Virus record (IMG/VR): IMGVR_UViG_3300006467_000134
Coordinates: 32,001-96,000 of that record
Source: a virus
Taxonomy: Duplodnaviria > Caudoviricetes
DNA: 64,000 bases
Strand: one strand, 5' to 3'
Shown here piece after piece: positions 17,966-27,762 of the stretch; the stretch's first letter is position 1; each line of letters opens with the position of its first letter. The translations under genes were made by a program, and so were the position numbers. The notes beneath the pieces are model-generated. The model was not told the DNA's origin. It saw only the letters and a program-made list of their open reading frames with translations, and ran no database searches.

Positions 17966-18440
17966 TTCGGACTTCCAATGGAATAGACTCTAATCCCAAA
18001 CCGTCAGCCACTCCCTGTGGATCGGTAATCAATGATTCGTAGGTAACAGTTAGTACTCTGTCATGCCGAATCACGGGATAGATGAAGGAAAGAGCTCGTG
18101 CTTGTTCTTTGTAGGCTTCACCTGTGTCTTTTACATGTTCCGCCTTTACCGCACTGGGTGCTGCAAACATACAAGAGCGTACCGTAACCACTACCCAGGG
18201 ATCATATTGAAGATCCAAGGCTTTCTCGTATTGGTCGGCAAAAGCATTCCAGTCATTACCGTGAGGCACACTTCTGCGGATTACGATCTTCTCTTCGTTG
18301 ATCGGGATCGATGTAACATGTGGTTGTTGATGCCCATCACTACCCCAATAACCATTTCGTAGAAAGATCCTCGTCATTAGGCGAGTTCCACTGGATTCTG
18401 GGCCAAAAACAAAGACTAGATCTTTTTCGCTTGCTTGCAT
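17940..18440 (-). CDS. Sulfotransferase-like P-loop protein
   Basis: VFVFGPESSGTRLM (5'-PSB-like loop), VVVTVR, VTYESLITDP; start MQASEK. Confidence 0.6.
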   Translation of the reverse strand: MQASEKDLVFVFGPESSGTRLMTRIFLRNGYWGSDGHQQPHVTSIPINEEKIVIRRSVPHGNDWNAFADQYEKALDLQYDPWVVVTVRSCMFAAPSAVKAEHVKDTGEAYKEQARALSFIYPVIRHDRVLTVTYESLITDPQGVADGLGLESIPLEVRNENKKHYL

Positions 18441-18456
18441 TGGTATGTCCTTAAAT

Positions 18457-18481
18457 GAAGAAAGCCCCATTTCCTGGGGCT
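18457..18481 (-). terminator. Putative intrinsic terminator after phoH
   Basis: Minus strand agcccca-ggaaa-tggggct-ttcttc. Confidence 0.45.
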
Positions 18482-18486
18482 AGTGT

Positions 18487-19146
18487 TTAGAGTCGTCGTA
18501 AAACCTGTTTGACAATTGCATGTCTCATATTGTCGTCTTCTGTCATCTCGCAGGCTGCCACACCAGGACAACCATAAAGCCGCTCAATAACAGAAACGAA
18601 TCCTGAGCCTTCTGCAATATCATTCTGGTCTGTGTCACCATTAACTACCATCTTTGAATTGAGGCCAATACGGCTCAAGAACATCTTAAGTTGTCCGTAT
18701 GTGGCATTCTGAGCCTCATCCAAGATTACAAAAGAGTCATTGAAAGTTCGTCCCCTCATGTATGCTAGTGGTGCGAACTCAATAATCCCTTTACTCATCA
18801 AATAACGAACTGTCTTGGGAGTCAGGATTGACTCAAGCTCCGTTCGTAGAGGAATCATGTAAGGATGTAGCTTCTCGTTTAGATCGCCAGGCAAAGCTCC
18901 AGTATCTTCATCCACCTGTACCAAGGGGCGAGTCAAGATAATGTGCTTCACCTTTCGGTTTGCCAGTGCCATGCAGGCCTGGTAGACTGCCAAAGCAGTT
19001 TTTCCAGTACCTCCAGGTCCTGAACACAGAGTGATAGTCTCTTCCTGCATCGCTAGAACATATTCCGCATGATTTTCCGTACGGGGTTTCACCTTACGAA
19101 GCAGCGAAATTGCATCGAGTTCTTCCGCATTTTCCGGTTTTGACAT
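18487..19146 (-). CDS. phoH: PhoH family ATPase
   Basis: GPGGTGKT, LTRP, LPGDLNEK, YMRGRTF, DEAQN, GDTDQND, RH. Confidence 0.95.
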   Translation of the reverse strand: MSKPENAEELDAISLLRKVKPRTENHAEYVLAMQEETITLCSGPGGTGKTALAVYQACMALANRKVKHIILTRPLVQVDEDTGALPGDLNEKLHPYMIPLRTELESILTPKTVRYLMSKGIIEFAPLAYMRGRTFNDSFVILDEAQNATYGQLKMFLSRIGLNSKMVVNGDTDQNDIAEGSGFVSVIERLYGCPGVAACEMTEDDNMRHAIVKQVLRRL

Positions 19147-19156
19147 TCAACACTTT

Positions 19157-19363
19157 CTATTTTTTAAAGGCAAGTTCCAAAAGACTTAAGAATAGTACTA
19201 CAGGCCAAATCACAAACATAACAATTCTTATGAATAGTAGCATTCCTGTATCCTCTTCTCGTAGAGTACCCTGCTCTAAAGCATAACGAGCTGCAGCCTC
19301 TTGAAACAAGCCTCCGTAAATTGTATAGAGGACAATCGCGATCCCAATTAAAATTTCTGTCAT
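19157..19363 (-). CDS. Small membrane protein
   Basis: Two hydrophobic segments; IWPVVL; ATGA-coupled to polA. Confidence 0.5.
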   Translation of the reverse strand: MTEILIGIAIVLYTIYGGLFQEAAARYALEQGTLREEDTGMLLFIRIVMFVIWPVVLFLSLLELAFKK

Positions 19364-21237
19364 TTTCCGTCCGCCCAATTGGCAACAATTTTTGGGTCAG
19401 CCCTTAAGGGCACACGAAGTTGAATGCACTGTTCCATACAATCCCGAAGGTCAATAGCTACTTCCTCAATAATATCGAGGTCACATTCAACTACAATTTC
19501 GTCATGAATGGAATTAACTAAGAATACCTTGGTTAACCACCATCCTTTTTTCTTCATCAGGTTTCTGAATTTGATCTGCCCCATCTGAATAATGAGAGCA
19601 CCTGCCCATTGCATAGGGAAGTTATTCAGCTTGTTTAACCCGCCTTTGTAGTATCTCGCCTTTTCCTCTGGAGGAATTCGCCTTTGACGTCCGAGTAGCC
19701 CCATTACAGGCATATTGTTTTGGTAGAGTTTTTCCACCCGTTTAATATTTCTGGTTACACCAGGTCTTTTACGGAGGTATTCGTCCTTAATTCGCTCACA
19801 GACATCCATAGGAATGTGCTTCTGCGAAAAGTGTAATCTTCCAGCACTACCATTGTAGATCAACAGGAAATTACAGGTCTTGGCTGCCTGTCGATCTCCA
19901 TTAAGCATTTCGATAGCATTAGCGGTGTCTGTGTGGAGGTCAAGTCCATGCCAAAAGCCTTCCTTCTCATTTTCCTCTGCACCACACTTCGGACAGGTTC
20001 TCAGAAGTTTCTTACTCTTACCTTCGGCACCACACGGGCACTTGTAGGATAGATAGGCTTCTAAAAAACTAGGATCCTGAGTTTCGTGAGCTGCAGTGCG
20101 GAGCTCCAACTGCGAGTGGTCGGCAACGATCAGACCGCGGCCTTCCTCAGCAATAAAACACTCTCGTACGTTAACCCCATAGAGTGACTCGAACCGTTCA
20201 TCCTTGTACTCTGTGGGAACATTCTGCAGGTTGTGATCGCTGCACCGGGTTCTCCCAGAATCTGAGTGGACCGAGTAGGATCCATGCACCCTACCATCAA
20301 AGGATGTAGCAGCCTCGTGCGTTAGGGGTTGGACATACGTACCTATCAGCTTTTTGATCTTTCGGTATTCAAGGATCAGCTTACAGACTTTGTATTTCTT
20401 TGACAGCTTGGTCATAGACTCGTCGTTAAGCTGAATCTTTCCTTTATCCGTCAGGTTCAATCCGGTGCTGTCGTACCCCAAATCTCGGAAGAACCTATTG
20501 CGTAGTTGGTCGTCACTAGAAATATTGATCTTACCGATCTTACGGTGAATCTCTTTCTCTAGTTTGATTGACCGACTTAGCAAATCAAGGTAGAGCTTTC
20601 GAGCTCGTTCGATGTCCCACTTCATACCAGTGTACATGATATCTGAAAACACCAGTATCGACTTCATGAGCACTAGGTACAGATCCCAGCACCCCTTAGC
20701 TTTTACTTTCGGTCTGAAGTCCAAGTACAGTCGCAGTTCCCAGTAGACGTCGTCTTTTCCATACTGATAGAATTCTTCAGTATCGAGACCACCCGCGGAG
20801 GCAGTTTTATAATCCACCATCTCTTTGTTGTAGATTGATGGAACCAAGTCCTTCAAACCATAAGACATCATGTTCTCATCATAGAGATTGAGGAGAACGA
20901 TGGTATCGCGGATTAGTGGGTCGCTATACGTGTAGCCGGCCCGCTTGAGGATCTTAAGGTCAAACTGACTGTTGTGAGCAATACATTCAACCTCCCCATC
21001 AAAGGCGGCATCTATGATTGCTTGAATGTCTTCCCGGTCAGTGTAATACTCATTTATGATCTTACCATCTTCAATGGTGGCAAAACCGCACCCATGAATA
21101 TCAAACTCTTCATCCAACCACGATTCTGTTTCTTCGTGCTCGATATCGAAACAACAAAGCTTACTGGACTTTATCGCCTGGATCAGACGCTGCCTGCTCA
21201 CCGTTGGGGTTGGTAAGGTGGATCTTAGTGAAGCCAT
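19360..21237 (-). CDS. polA: Family A DNA polymerase with 3'-5' exonuclease domain
   Basis: Exo motifs FDIE, AHNSQFD, YGKDD; motif A ADHSQLELR; motif B RQAAKTCNFLLIY; motif C IHDE. Confidence 0.95.
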   Translation of the reverse strand: MASLRSTLPTPTVSRQRLIQAIKSSKLCCFDIEHEETESWLDEEFDIHGCGFATIEDGKIINEYYTDREDIQAIIDAAFDGEVECIAHNSQFDLKILKRAGYTYSDPLIRDTIVLLNLYDENMMSYGLKDLVPSIYNKEMVDYKTASAGGLDTEEFYQYGKDDVYWELRLYLDFRPKVKAKGCWDLYLVLMKSILVFSDIMYTGMKWDIERARKLYLDLLSRSIKLEKEIHRKIGKINISSDDQLRNRFFRDLGYDSTGLNLTDKGKIQLNDESMTKLSKKYKVCKLILEYRKIKKLIGTYVQPLTHEAATSFDGRVHGSYSVHSDSGRTRCSDHNLQNVPTEYKDERFESLYGVNVRECFIAEEGRGLIVADHSQLELRTAAHETQDPSFLEAYLSYKCPCGAEGKSKKLLRTCPKCGAEENEKEGFWHGLDLHTDTANAIEMLNGDRQAAKTCNFLLIYNGSAGRLHFSQKHIPMDVCERIKDEYLRKRPGVTRNIKRVEKLYQNNMPVMGLLGRQRRIPPEEKARYYKGGLNKLNNFPMQWAGALIIQMGQIKFRNLMKKKGWWLTKVFLVNSIHDEIVVECDLDIIEEVAIDLRDCMEQCIQLRVPLRADPKIVANWADGK

Positions 21238-21589
21238 GTGTTATGTTCCATGTGTTCGTGATTGGTTCAGCTAACTCAATGTAGACAATTGATCCAGGTT
21301 CGATTGTGCGATATTTATCAGGGTCTACGTTGAACTCATTGAGAAGATCCATCTCCTCGTCATATTCCACGTATAGACGCCCTGATTCAGTCTCTTGCAC
21401 CACACATTCAATGACCCGTGAATTAGGGTCAGTCCAAGGTGTACCCTCATTGGCAAAAAAGAGACCAGTGAAAATACATACAATAGTTCCAACAGCAGCT
21501 GCAGGAAAATTATCGTAATGGGCTGATACAGCCACCAAAATTACCCAAAGGATAACTATCAAAATAATAACTAGCATCGAAATCTCCAA
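21161..21589 (-). CDS. Membrane protein
   Basis: Two N-terminal TM segments. Confidence 0.55.
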   Translation of the reverse strand: MEISMLVIILIVILWVILVAVSAHYDNFPAAAVGTIVCIFTGLFFANEGTPWTDPNSRVIECVVQETESGRLYVEYDEEMDLLNEFNVDPDKYRTIEPGSIVYIELAEPITNTWNITHGFTKIHLTNPNGEQAASDPGDKVQ

Positions 21590-21595
21590 AGAGGT

Positions 21596-21625
21596 GAAAA
21601 TAAGGGACCAGAAACCTGATCCCCC
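21596..21625 (-). terminator. Putative terminator after SSB gene
   Basis: Minus strand gggatcag-gttt-ctggtccc-ttatttt. Confidence 0.45.
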
Positions 21626-21646
21626 ATTTTACACTACCAGTTTGAT

Positions 21647-22345
21647 TTAGTCAAGGTCATAACTTACGTCATCACCAGATTGATTTTCGACGGAATCTTC
21701 AGGAGCCGAGCCAGATTTGATGCCCCAGGCTTGTTCAGCCAATTCGGCAATCTTTTCGGGATCTGTCTCAATAGTTGAAGCCACCTCTTCCAAGGTAAAC
21801 GGCTTGAGTTGGTCTTCGGTGAATCCCTTCTCCAACAGTTCTTCCTTGGTGTAGTGTCCTTTGAACCGATACTTGTCGCCAGTGATTGGTGGACTTGGAG
21901 TTCCAGCCTTTCCTCTGGAGACTAGTACACGAGCCATGACAAAGTTGCCATCAGCCTCATCGTTCATCTCGGAAACAATAAGTTCGTAGCTCTTACTGGT
22001 TGCTGCCAAAATCTTTCGGTCACCAGGAACTTCCTGACCATTTCGAGTGAATGGATTCAGATCCAAAATCGAGAAGAATGCACAAGGTGCCTGACGAGCA
22101 TCCTTTTTACCAGCCGCAAAGGCTTGGCAAGCGGGACAGTTGTCACCCAGGCAAACTACTGGATGGGTTCGGTTACCAACGCGAATCTTGTGAATGAATT
22201 CCGTTGGTACGTCTTCCAAAGCTTCCAGCAGAACGATCTCTCGGTTCTTCTCCTCGTACTTCATTTTGAAGTTCCATGGAGTGTTGCTTTGCTTCTCGAC
22301 TTGTTCTTGGTGATCGTTAAAAAGCTTTGAGCCTTTAGTAAACAT
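21647..22345 (-). CDS. Single-stranded DNA-binding protein (gp32-like)
   Basis: H...C....CPAC zinc motif, acidic C-terminal tail, position between primase and polA. Confidence 0.7.
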   Translation of the reverse strand: MFTKGSKLFNDHQEQVEKQSNTPWNFKMKYEEKNREIVLLEALEDVPTEFIHKIRVGNRTHPVVCLGDNCPACQAFAAGKKDARQAPCAFFSILDLNPFTRNGQEVPGDRKILAATSKSYELIVSEMNDEADGNFVMARVLVSRGKAGTPSPPITGDKYRFKGHYTKEELLEKGFTEDQLKPFTLEEVASTIETDPEKIAELAEQAWGIKSGSAPEDSVENQSGDDVSYDLD

Positions 22346-23272
22346 TCAGAGTGTCTTTCTAAATTCGTCTTTTGTGAACTCGCCTGAATCTTTTACTTGG
22401 CCCTTTGAGTTCAGAAAGGACCAGTAAACACGAAAGATTAAGCGAGATGGATACATAGACCGAAGTTCAGTCCATCCATGCTCTCCCGCTTTATCTTGGT
22501 CGAAGTAGCAGTACGGTACCTTACCACTACCTGCGATGAGGTCTACCTGTGAGCTTGAGATGTTAGCCGTCCATGTACAACATGTATCATAGCCTTCCTC
22601 GTTCGCCCATGGGTAGATGTTTAGCATATCTGTGAAGCCTTCTACTACAATTAGTTTGGGGTTGTCACTGAAGTGATCTTCGCCCCCAAGGAATGTGGCT
22701 GTATCACAGAAATACTTTAGGTGCTTTTGTGCCGGGTTATCTTCAATTGACCGCCCGATCATGCCCAAAAGCCCATGTTTATCCCTTACAGGAAAGATTA
22801 CTCGTTTCTGCCGCGGATCCCACCGTAGTCCGAATGTATCACATACGGACAGATCGTATCCACGATCTTGCTCCAAGTATTCCTCTGCAGGCGTTCCTCG
22901 AAAATCAGGGAACGTCTGCAGTAAGTCGTCATCAAAATACTCTTTCACTTTCCGAGTTTTTGTTTCAACGACCTTTCGTAGCTCCATTTTTAGTCGGTAG
23001 GTATCTTCATTCCAGACCTTAAGCAGAAGTGCTGCTTCAGGGTCATTACTTAAACGATGATATTCCGATAAAAACTTGTGGTAGGAGCCCTTCATACCAC
23101 AAGCGTAGCACTGAAAAAAATCAATGTCTGGCCAGATAACCAACGATTTGCTGTTATCCGTGCCTTTGGCGTGAGTCCAGGGAGCAAACGGACAATGACA
23201 AATGTACCCCTTGGAATATTCTTTGTGAATAATTCCCAGGTTTGTCAAGTCTTGGCTTATGTTCCAGGACAT
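22346..23272 (-). CDS. dnaG: DNA primase (zinc finger + Toprim)
   Basis: CPFAPWTH...CYAC; IFPV...GR; VVEGFTD; FDQDKAG. Confidence 0.85.
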   Translation of the reverse strand: MSWNISQDLTNLGIIHKEYSKGYICHCPFAPWTHAKGTDNSKSLVIWPDIDFFQCYACGMKGSYHKFLSEYHRLSNDPEAALLLKVWNEDTYRLKMELRKVVETKTRKVKEYFDDDLLQTFPDFRGTPAEEYLEQDRGYDLSVCDTFGLRWDPRQKRVIFPVRDKHGLLGMIGRSIEDNPAQKHLKYFCDTATFLGGEDHFSDNPKLIVVEGFTDMLNIYPWANEEGYDTCCTWTANISSSQVDLIAGSGKVPYCYFDQDKAGEHGWTELRSMYPSRLIFRVYWSFLNSKGQVKDSGEFTKDEFRKTL

Positions 23273-23664
23273 ACTTCCTCCATTGACATTGCGTTCTCGC
23301 GAACGTTGAATGAGGATTTCCTTCTGGCAACCTCAGCCAATACATCTGGATCCAAATGTGGGTTGAAAATACTTGCGTTCTTGTATCGGAACCACTCGTG
23401 AACCTCGTGAAGTTCTGCCTGCTTAATCAACCCGAAAATAACTCCCACTATTTCTTGCCGGCACATGTGTTGAGAAAGGAATCGTTTACCACTTTTCCAA
23501 GGAACTCTGGTGCCATCACGGGAAGCACTATCTAGAGAAGCGTCACTTTCCTCTGAAACAGAAATCTGAATGAACAGTCGATCTCCTGATTCTTTCACTA
23601 GTATAGTCCAGCCGGGTTTGTAGGTACATTTCTCTACGATCTCGCGTATCTCGTCGTTTGTCAT
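23257..23664 (-). CDS. Hypothetical protein
   Basis: 135 aa; ELHEVHEWFRY...FNPH. Confidence 0.6.
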   Translation of the reverse strand: MTNDEIREIVEKCTYKPGWTILVKESGDRLFIQISVSEESDASLDSASRDGTRVPWKSGKRFLSQHMCRQEIVGVIFGLIKQAELHEVHEWFRYKNASIFNPHLDPDVLAEVARRKSSFNVRENAMSMEEVCPGT

Positions 23665-23700
23665 TCTCGTCTTTCCTTGTGTGTGTTTGGTGATAGCACG

Positions 23701-23961
23701 TTAATCGCTTAAACCAACCAAGTCTGCAGGCTCTTTGGTTACCCATCGCCAGTGGGCATAGTTATCTTCTCCAACGTATCGCTCGGCATAACCAAGATCT
23801 ACTGCCTCCTGTTGCAAATCTTCGAGCTTTTGCTTATGGATATTGGGGGATGTCCAGTAAAGTAGTCCCGAGACAAGTAAAAAGACGCCAAGCAAAGTAA
23901 AGAAAAAAGCCAAAATTAGATCACTTTCCGTACTACCAATCCTTAAGTTACGAGATGACAT
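23701..23961 (-). CDS. Small membrane protein
   Basis: One TM segment. Confidence 0.5.
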   Translation of the reverse strand: MSSRNLRIGSTESDLILAFFFTLLGVFLLVSGLLYWTSPNIHKQKLEDLQQEAVDLGYAERYVGEDNYAHWRWVTKEPADLVGLSD

Positions 23962-24406
23962 CTGCAGTATTCTCCAAAATCTTGACTAACTGCGGTGAGA
24001 TTCCAAAACGATCAGCACAAACATCGATGGACTTACGAATGTTGCCGTCGTGTTGTCTTTCACTGGCTGCCTTCCAGTCGCAAAACATTTCAAGGACGTC
24101 AAACAAATTCATGTCTTCAATACCATTTTTGAAATGCTCTGGGTGGTGGCGATTCTTCGCGTAGTGATGTTCCCTGGCAGTATCTAAGGCTTTCAGAGAT
24201 TCCTTATATTCTTCTGAATCAAAGGTAAGCTCTTTTAGCTTAGGACCATGTTCCGTGAAACCCTCAACCTCTGGGGACGCTAGTTTACTGGCATCATGTA
24301 CTTCCCCACGCTTAATCAACGTGAACGCAGATGTGTTTAGTAGCTCCTGTACCCGTTGAATGTGTTGGTAGGTTTCTACCCTACCAGTGTCTAAATGTCG
24401 TTCCAT
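23948..24406 (-). CDS. HD-domain-like protein (DUF5662-like)
   Basis: H...HDASKL...HHYAKNRHHPEHF...EMFCDW. Confidence 0.65.
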   Translation of the reverse strand: MERHLDTGRVETYQHIQRVQELLNTSAFTLIKRGEVHDASKLASPEVEGFTEHGPKLKELTFDSEEYKESLKALDTAREHHYAKNRHHPEHFKNGIEDMNLFDVLEMFCDWKAASERQHDGNIRKSIDVCADRFGISPQLVKILENTADVIS

Positions 24407-25653
24407 TAGTATTCAAGTCCCTCAACACTGATTTCTTCGTCCTGCGAACGCTCGTAGAACTTTTTGTTTTCATGATCCCAGTGGATCTCGAATGTCGTAT
24501 CCCTGGTGGGATTGGTGGCATCTTTCATCTTTGTGATTCGTACGGTAGCCAGGTTCATGTTGCGTTGATCCTCCGATGCCTGTAGAAGGAACATATTAGT
24601 CGCAGCAACTCGCCAATCCTTACCATACCTGGTCTGATTTCCCGCATCTGCGTTACTGAGTGTTTTCTTGACAGTGGTTGACTGCTGAGTCGTTACAACC
24701 CACGGCAAATTGGTTACCCGGGCAGCATTTTGTAGCTGTTCAGTGATCATTTTGATCTTCTGCCATTCGTCTGACTGGCCAACCTGTAGTCGGTAACCTG
24801 CATCAACGATCACTAAATCAGGTTGATAACTTTCAGTCAGGAGCAGGATATCGCCAACTGATCGAACATCTGAGGGTGCAAAGAAAATATCACCTTTAGC
24901 ATTCTCGATCTGCTCCAAACGGTTCTTGAATTTGATCTCTTCCATCAACCTAAGCTTGTGATGCCTCAAGCGACCATAGCTTACTTCGTAGATTAAGCTC
25001 TCGGTTCGCTCCTGAACTACCTTGTTGGAGTCCTCCAGGCTCACCATAAGAACTTTATGTCCTTGTTCAAAACCAAGGGCTGCGGATATACAACTAATCC
25101 AGGTTTTACCTACGTTGGGTTCCGCCGACCATACGTGAACACCAGCTTTTGTCCATCCTCCACAAAGCTCGTTGATCGTTTCCCAAACTGTGGGGATGCC
25201 AAGTTCGCCCTGTCTCTTTTCTTCTCGATATTCTAAGTACCTTTCTTTTGCCGAGGACTTAAATGAAACAATACCTTTTCCTGGATTGACTACTGAGCCC
25301 ACCGACATAAATTTGGCAACGGCTGCCTGTGGGTCGTCTGCAAGTAGATTGATTGCCTCTTCGCCGATCTTAGCAATTCGTTGCTGATTCAGATACTTGG
25401 TATAGGAATCAACCGCAAAGTCCTCACTTTCGACGTCAGGAAGATCTACATCCAACTCGTCCAGGATAGTGTCTTTGTTTGGCCACTGCGAGTAAGTATT
25501 GTTGAAGTTTTGGATAAACTCAACAACAGTGTAGCCGGCTCTGTCAAATTCCTGGATGTGACTGAAAGTGATGTTGTTATCAAGTAACGGCGAGAAGCTT
25601 TGCTTACTTAGGCATAGGCTCAGTAACCTTTTTGATGATTGGTGCAATATCAT
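24406..25653 (-). CDS. dnaB: DnaB-like replicative helicase
   Basis: GIPT.W..IN...GG, AEPNVGKTW, VSLE, VIVD, TTQ. Confidence 0.85.
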   Translation of the reverse strand: MILHQSSKRLLSLCLSKQSFSPLLDNNITFSHIQEFDRAGYTVVEFIQNFNNTYSQWPNKDTILDELDVDLPDVESEDFAVDSYTKYLNQQRIAKIGEEAINLLADDPQAAVAKFMSVGSVVNPGKGIVSFKSSAKERYLEYREEKRQGELGIPTVWETINELCGGWTKAGVHVWSAEPNVGKTWISCISAALGFEQGHKVLMVSLEDSNKVVQERTESLIYEVSYGRLRHHKLRLMEEIKFKNRLEQIENAKGDIFFAPSDVRSVGDILLLTESYQPDLVIVDAGYRLQVGQSDEWQKIKMITEQLQNAARVTNLPWVVTTQQSTTVKKTLSNADAGNQTRYGKDWRVAATNMFLLQASEDQRNMNLATVRITKMKDATNPTRDTTFEIHWDHENKKFYERSQDEEISVEGLEY

Positions 25654-26237
25654 TTATGTGGTCTAAATAGATGGGAGCTGTCTGTCGTAACAAAATCTAC
25701 GGACTCTGTTAACACTCGAAAGAATGAAGGATACACTTCCTCGAATGTCTTTGGTCCGATGTTGGATGTGATGATGGTGGCTTTTTTGGCATCTATTCGC
25801 CTGCGAACCATCATCTCTATCATCCGTTCTCGCTCGCCTACTCGTGCAACTTTCCTACCTTTCTCGCTTTTCACTGACAAAACAAATTCATCAAGTACCA
25901 GAAGAGGGACCGTTTCCGCCCTTTGGACAACAGTCATGTCATCGTCAAACTCATAGTCTTCAATAATGTACTTGGGAACTTGGTCACAGGCCAACCATAA
26001 TCCGCTGTGTCCTTTACTCAAGGCCGCCTTAAGGCAGATAGCAGCAATGGCTGACTTGCCTGTTGATTGCTTGAAACTCAGATATAAACCACGACCATTG
26101 CTAACATTATACGTTATATTCTCCACGTAGTCAACAATCTGTTCTTTGTGGCTCGCCTTATCAGGAATTTCTGATAGGCGGGCATCCCAGTGATTCCTGG
26201 GTAGGTTCATCCGATTAAGTAAATCTTCTACTCCCAT
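25650..26237 (-). CDS. DnaC/IstB-like helicase loader ATPase
   Basis: GLYL....STGKS, LLVLDE, TIITSN; adjacent to dnaB. Confidence 0.8.
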   Translation of the reverse strand: MGVEDLLNRMNLPRNHWDARLSEIPDKASHKEQIVDYVENITYNVSNGRGLYLSFKQSTGKSAIAAICLKAALSKGHSGLWLACDQVPKYIIEDYEFDDDMTVVQRAETVPLLVLDEFVLSVKSEKGRKVARVGERERMIEMMVRRRIDAKKATIITSNIGPKTFEEVYPSFFRVLTESVDFVTTDSSHLFRPHK

Positions 26238-26791
26238 TCTCTATCCGCTAACCCTTCTGATGGATCTTTCTTTTTGGTGGGAATTCCAACTAGTCGCCAT
26301 CGTTCTAGTTCTCGAATATGGACAATGCTAAGCAGTTGGTAAATCTCATACGGCTTTAAGTCCTCCTGGTTATCTTGAACCCATTTGTACAAGCGAAGTA
26401 GATCATCTTCAGGGAGAGCCATTCGAGCTTGCTTAGCAAACTTGCGGTACTTTGGGGAGTACTCGTTGGAGCCGCTAATATAAAAGTCACTGGGTATCAC
26501 ATCCCAATTTTCTACAAACCAGTCAAGAACTGAGTCTTTCTTACGATTGCCTGCTGGCCTCTTACCTTGACGAGCCATTAATCCTATTGGGAATAATTCC
26601 TCAGGATCCTTTATCTCAGTCACTAGAAATGGGCCAGTCCCTTCATACTTTAGCCAGCCCATCTGCTGGTACTCATCCAAATAGTAGTCCTGCTTATTCT
26701 CTACCTCTCGGTCGGTCATTAGAAGCAGTTCTACATAAGGAAGTATTCGATGTCCATATTCTTTGTACATCTTTTTCAGTGATTTTATCAT
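26228..26791 (-). CDS. Hypothetical protein, possible replication initiator
   Basis: Position upstream of loader and helicase; no motif recognised. Confidence 0.5.
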   Translation of the reverse strand: MIKSLKKMYKEYGHRILPYVELLLMTDREVENKQDYYLDEYQQMGWLKYEGTGPFLVTEIKDPEELFPIGLMARQGKRPAGNRKKDSVLDWFVENWDVIPSDFYISGSNEYSPKYRKFAKQARMALPEDDLLRLYKWVQDNQEDLKPYEIYQLLSIVHIRELERWRLVGIPTKKKDPSEGLADREWE

Positions 26792-26807
26792 ATCGACGTG
26801 ATCTTTC

Positions 26808-27629
26808 TTAGCTTTGCATTTCCCAAAAAGTATGTCTCAATCTCTCTCTTAACGAGCCTGTTATAAAGCATTCTGTGCTGCACCCCGCAAAAAATCTACT
26901 GGGCTTATATGGTTCCAAATTCTGCTTGATGTGATTTTCTGTATCCCATACTAATTTAGGGTCACCTCGCCAAGAAAAATATTCTACGATATCGTAGTTA
27001 GCTCTGGATCTACCGTTGGAGTACCGTTTACCTACAGTGCGAGAAGTAATTCCGATTTTCCCAAATTTCTCACCAGTTTGACTATCTTCAAAGAATGCTA
27101 CATATATCTCTCCGAGTCCATCTCCTCGGTCGCAAGCCTCCTTAAACTTAGTAAAACTATAAACCGATGGGCAGATAGGGTCCATATGTGAGCACGCCTC
27201 ATCCAACCATCCATTTAGTCTCGCCTTCCTGTACTCTGTTGGGTACTTAGTGGCAAACTCTTTTCGGCCCACACAAGTTTTGGCGGCTTTCAAGACCTCA
27301 GACTTACTTACTTTCTTCACCTTTCGGTCTTTAGGCATATGTGAGCACGCCTTGTCTAGCAATCCTTTACGATGTAGCCACATATAACAAGCTGCCTCGT
27401 TAAGGCGGAACTCCTGCCTATTTTTGTATTTAACAGCGATTGTTTTAGCCCTTTTGAAGGTCCATGATTTTCTGGTTGACACCATGTGTGCACACGCTTC
27501 GTCTAACCAACCCTTTCTCCAAGCTTTTTGATACTGGAGATCAGCTTCCCTGCTAGACTTTCTCCAAGCCATCTTTGTTTTAAATTGCTTTGCGGATTTT
27601 ATTATTTCAGATTTATCTAGGTAGTTCAC
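26808..27629 (-). CDS. Putative free-standing endonuclease: three tandem repeats plus GIY-YIG/T5orf172-like domain
   Basis: 3x K...F.......Y.....GWLDEAC.HM; C-terminal GEIYV...KIGIT....KRY...E...K....F.G.STECF. Confidence 0.65.
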   Translation of the reverse strand: MNYLDKSEIIKSAKQFKTKMAWRKSSREADLQYQKAWRKGWLDEACAHMVSTRKSWTFKRAKTIAVKYKNRQEFRLNEAACYMWLHRKGLLDKACSHMPKDRKVKKVSKSEVLKAAKTCVGRKEFATKYPTEYRKARLNGWLDEACSHMDPICPSVYSFTKFKEACDRGDGLGEIYVAFFEDSQTGEKFGKIGITSRTVGKRYSNGRSRANYDIVEYFSWRGDPKLVWDTENHIKQNLEPYKPSRFFAGCSTECFITGSLRERLRHTFWEMQS

Positions 27630-27762
27630 ATTATCCCTTTACTAGTTGAGAGAATTGGTAAAAAAGTCCCTTCCTATTTAAATGTACGGGAGTAAGAGGT
27701 AAAATACGCACAAATATTTGTTATCCTTGTAATTTAACCTAAAATAGGCGAACTAAGATTTC

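Noticed and set aside
27630-27762. Ribozyme or promoter upstream of the repeat nuclease gene
   Set aside because: No hammerhead core and no convincing twister or pistol pattern; only a 12-bp palindrome (acaaatatttgt) and weak promoter matches.
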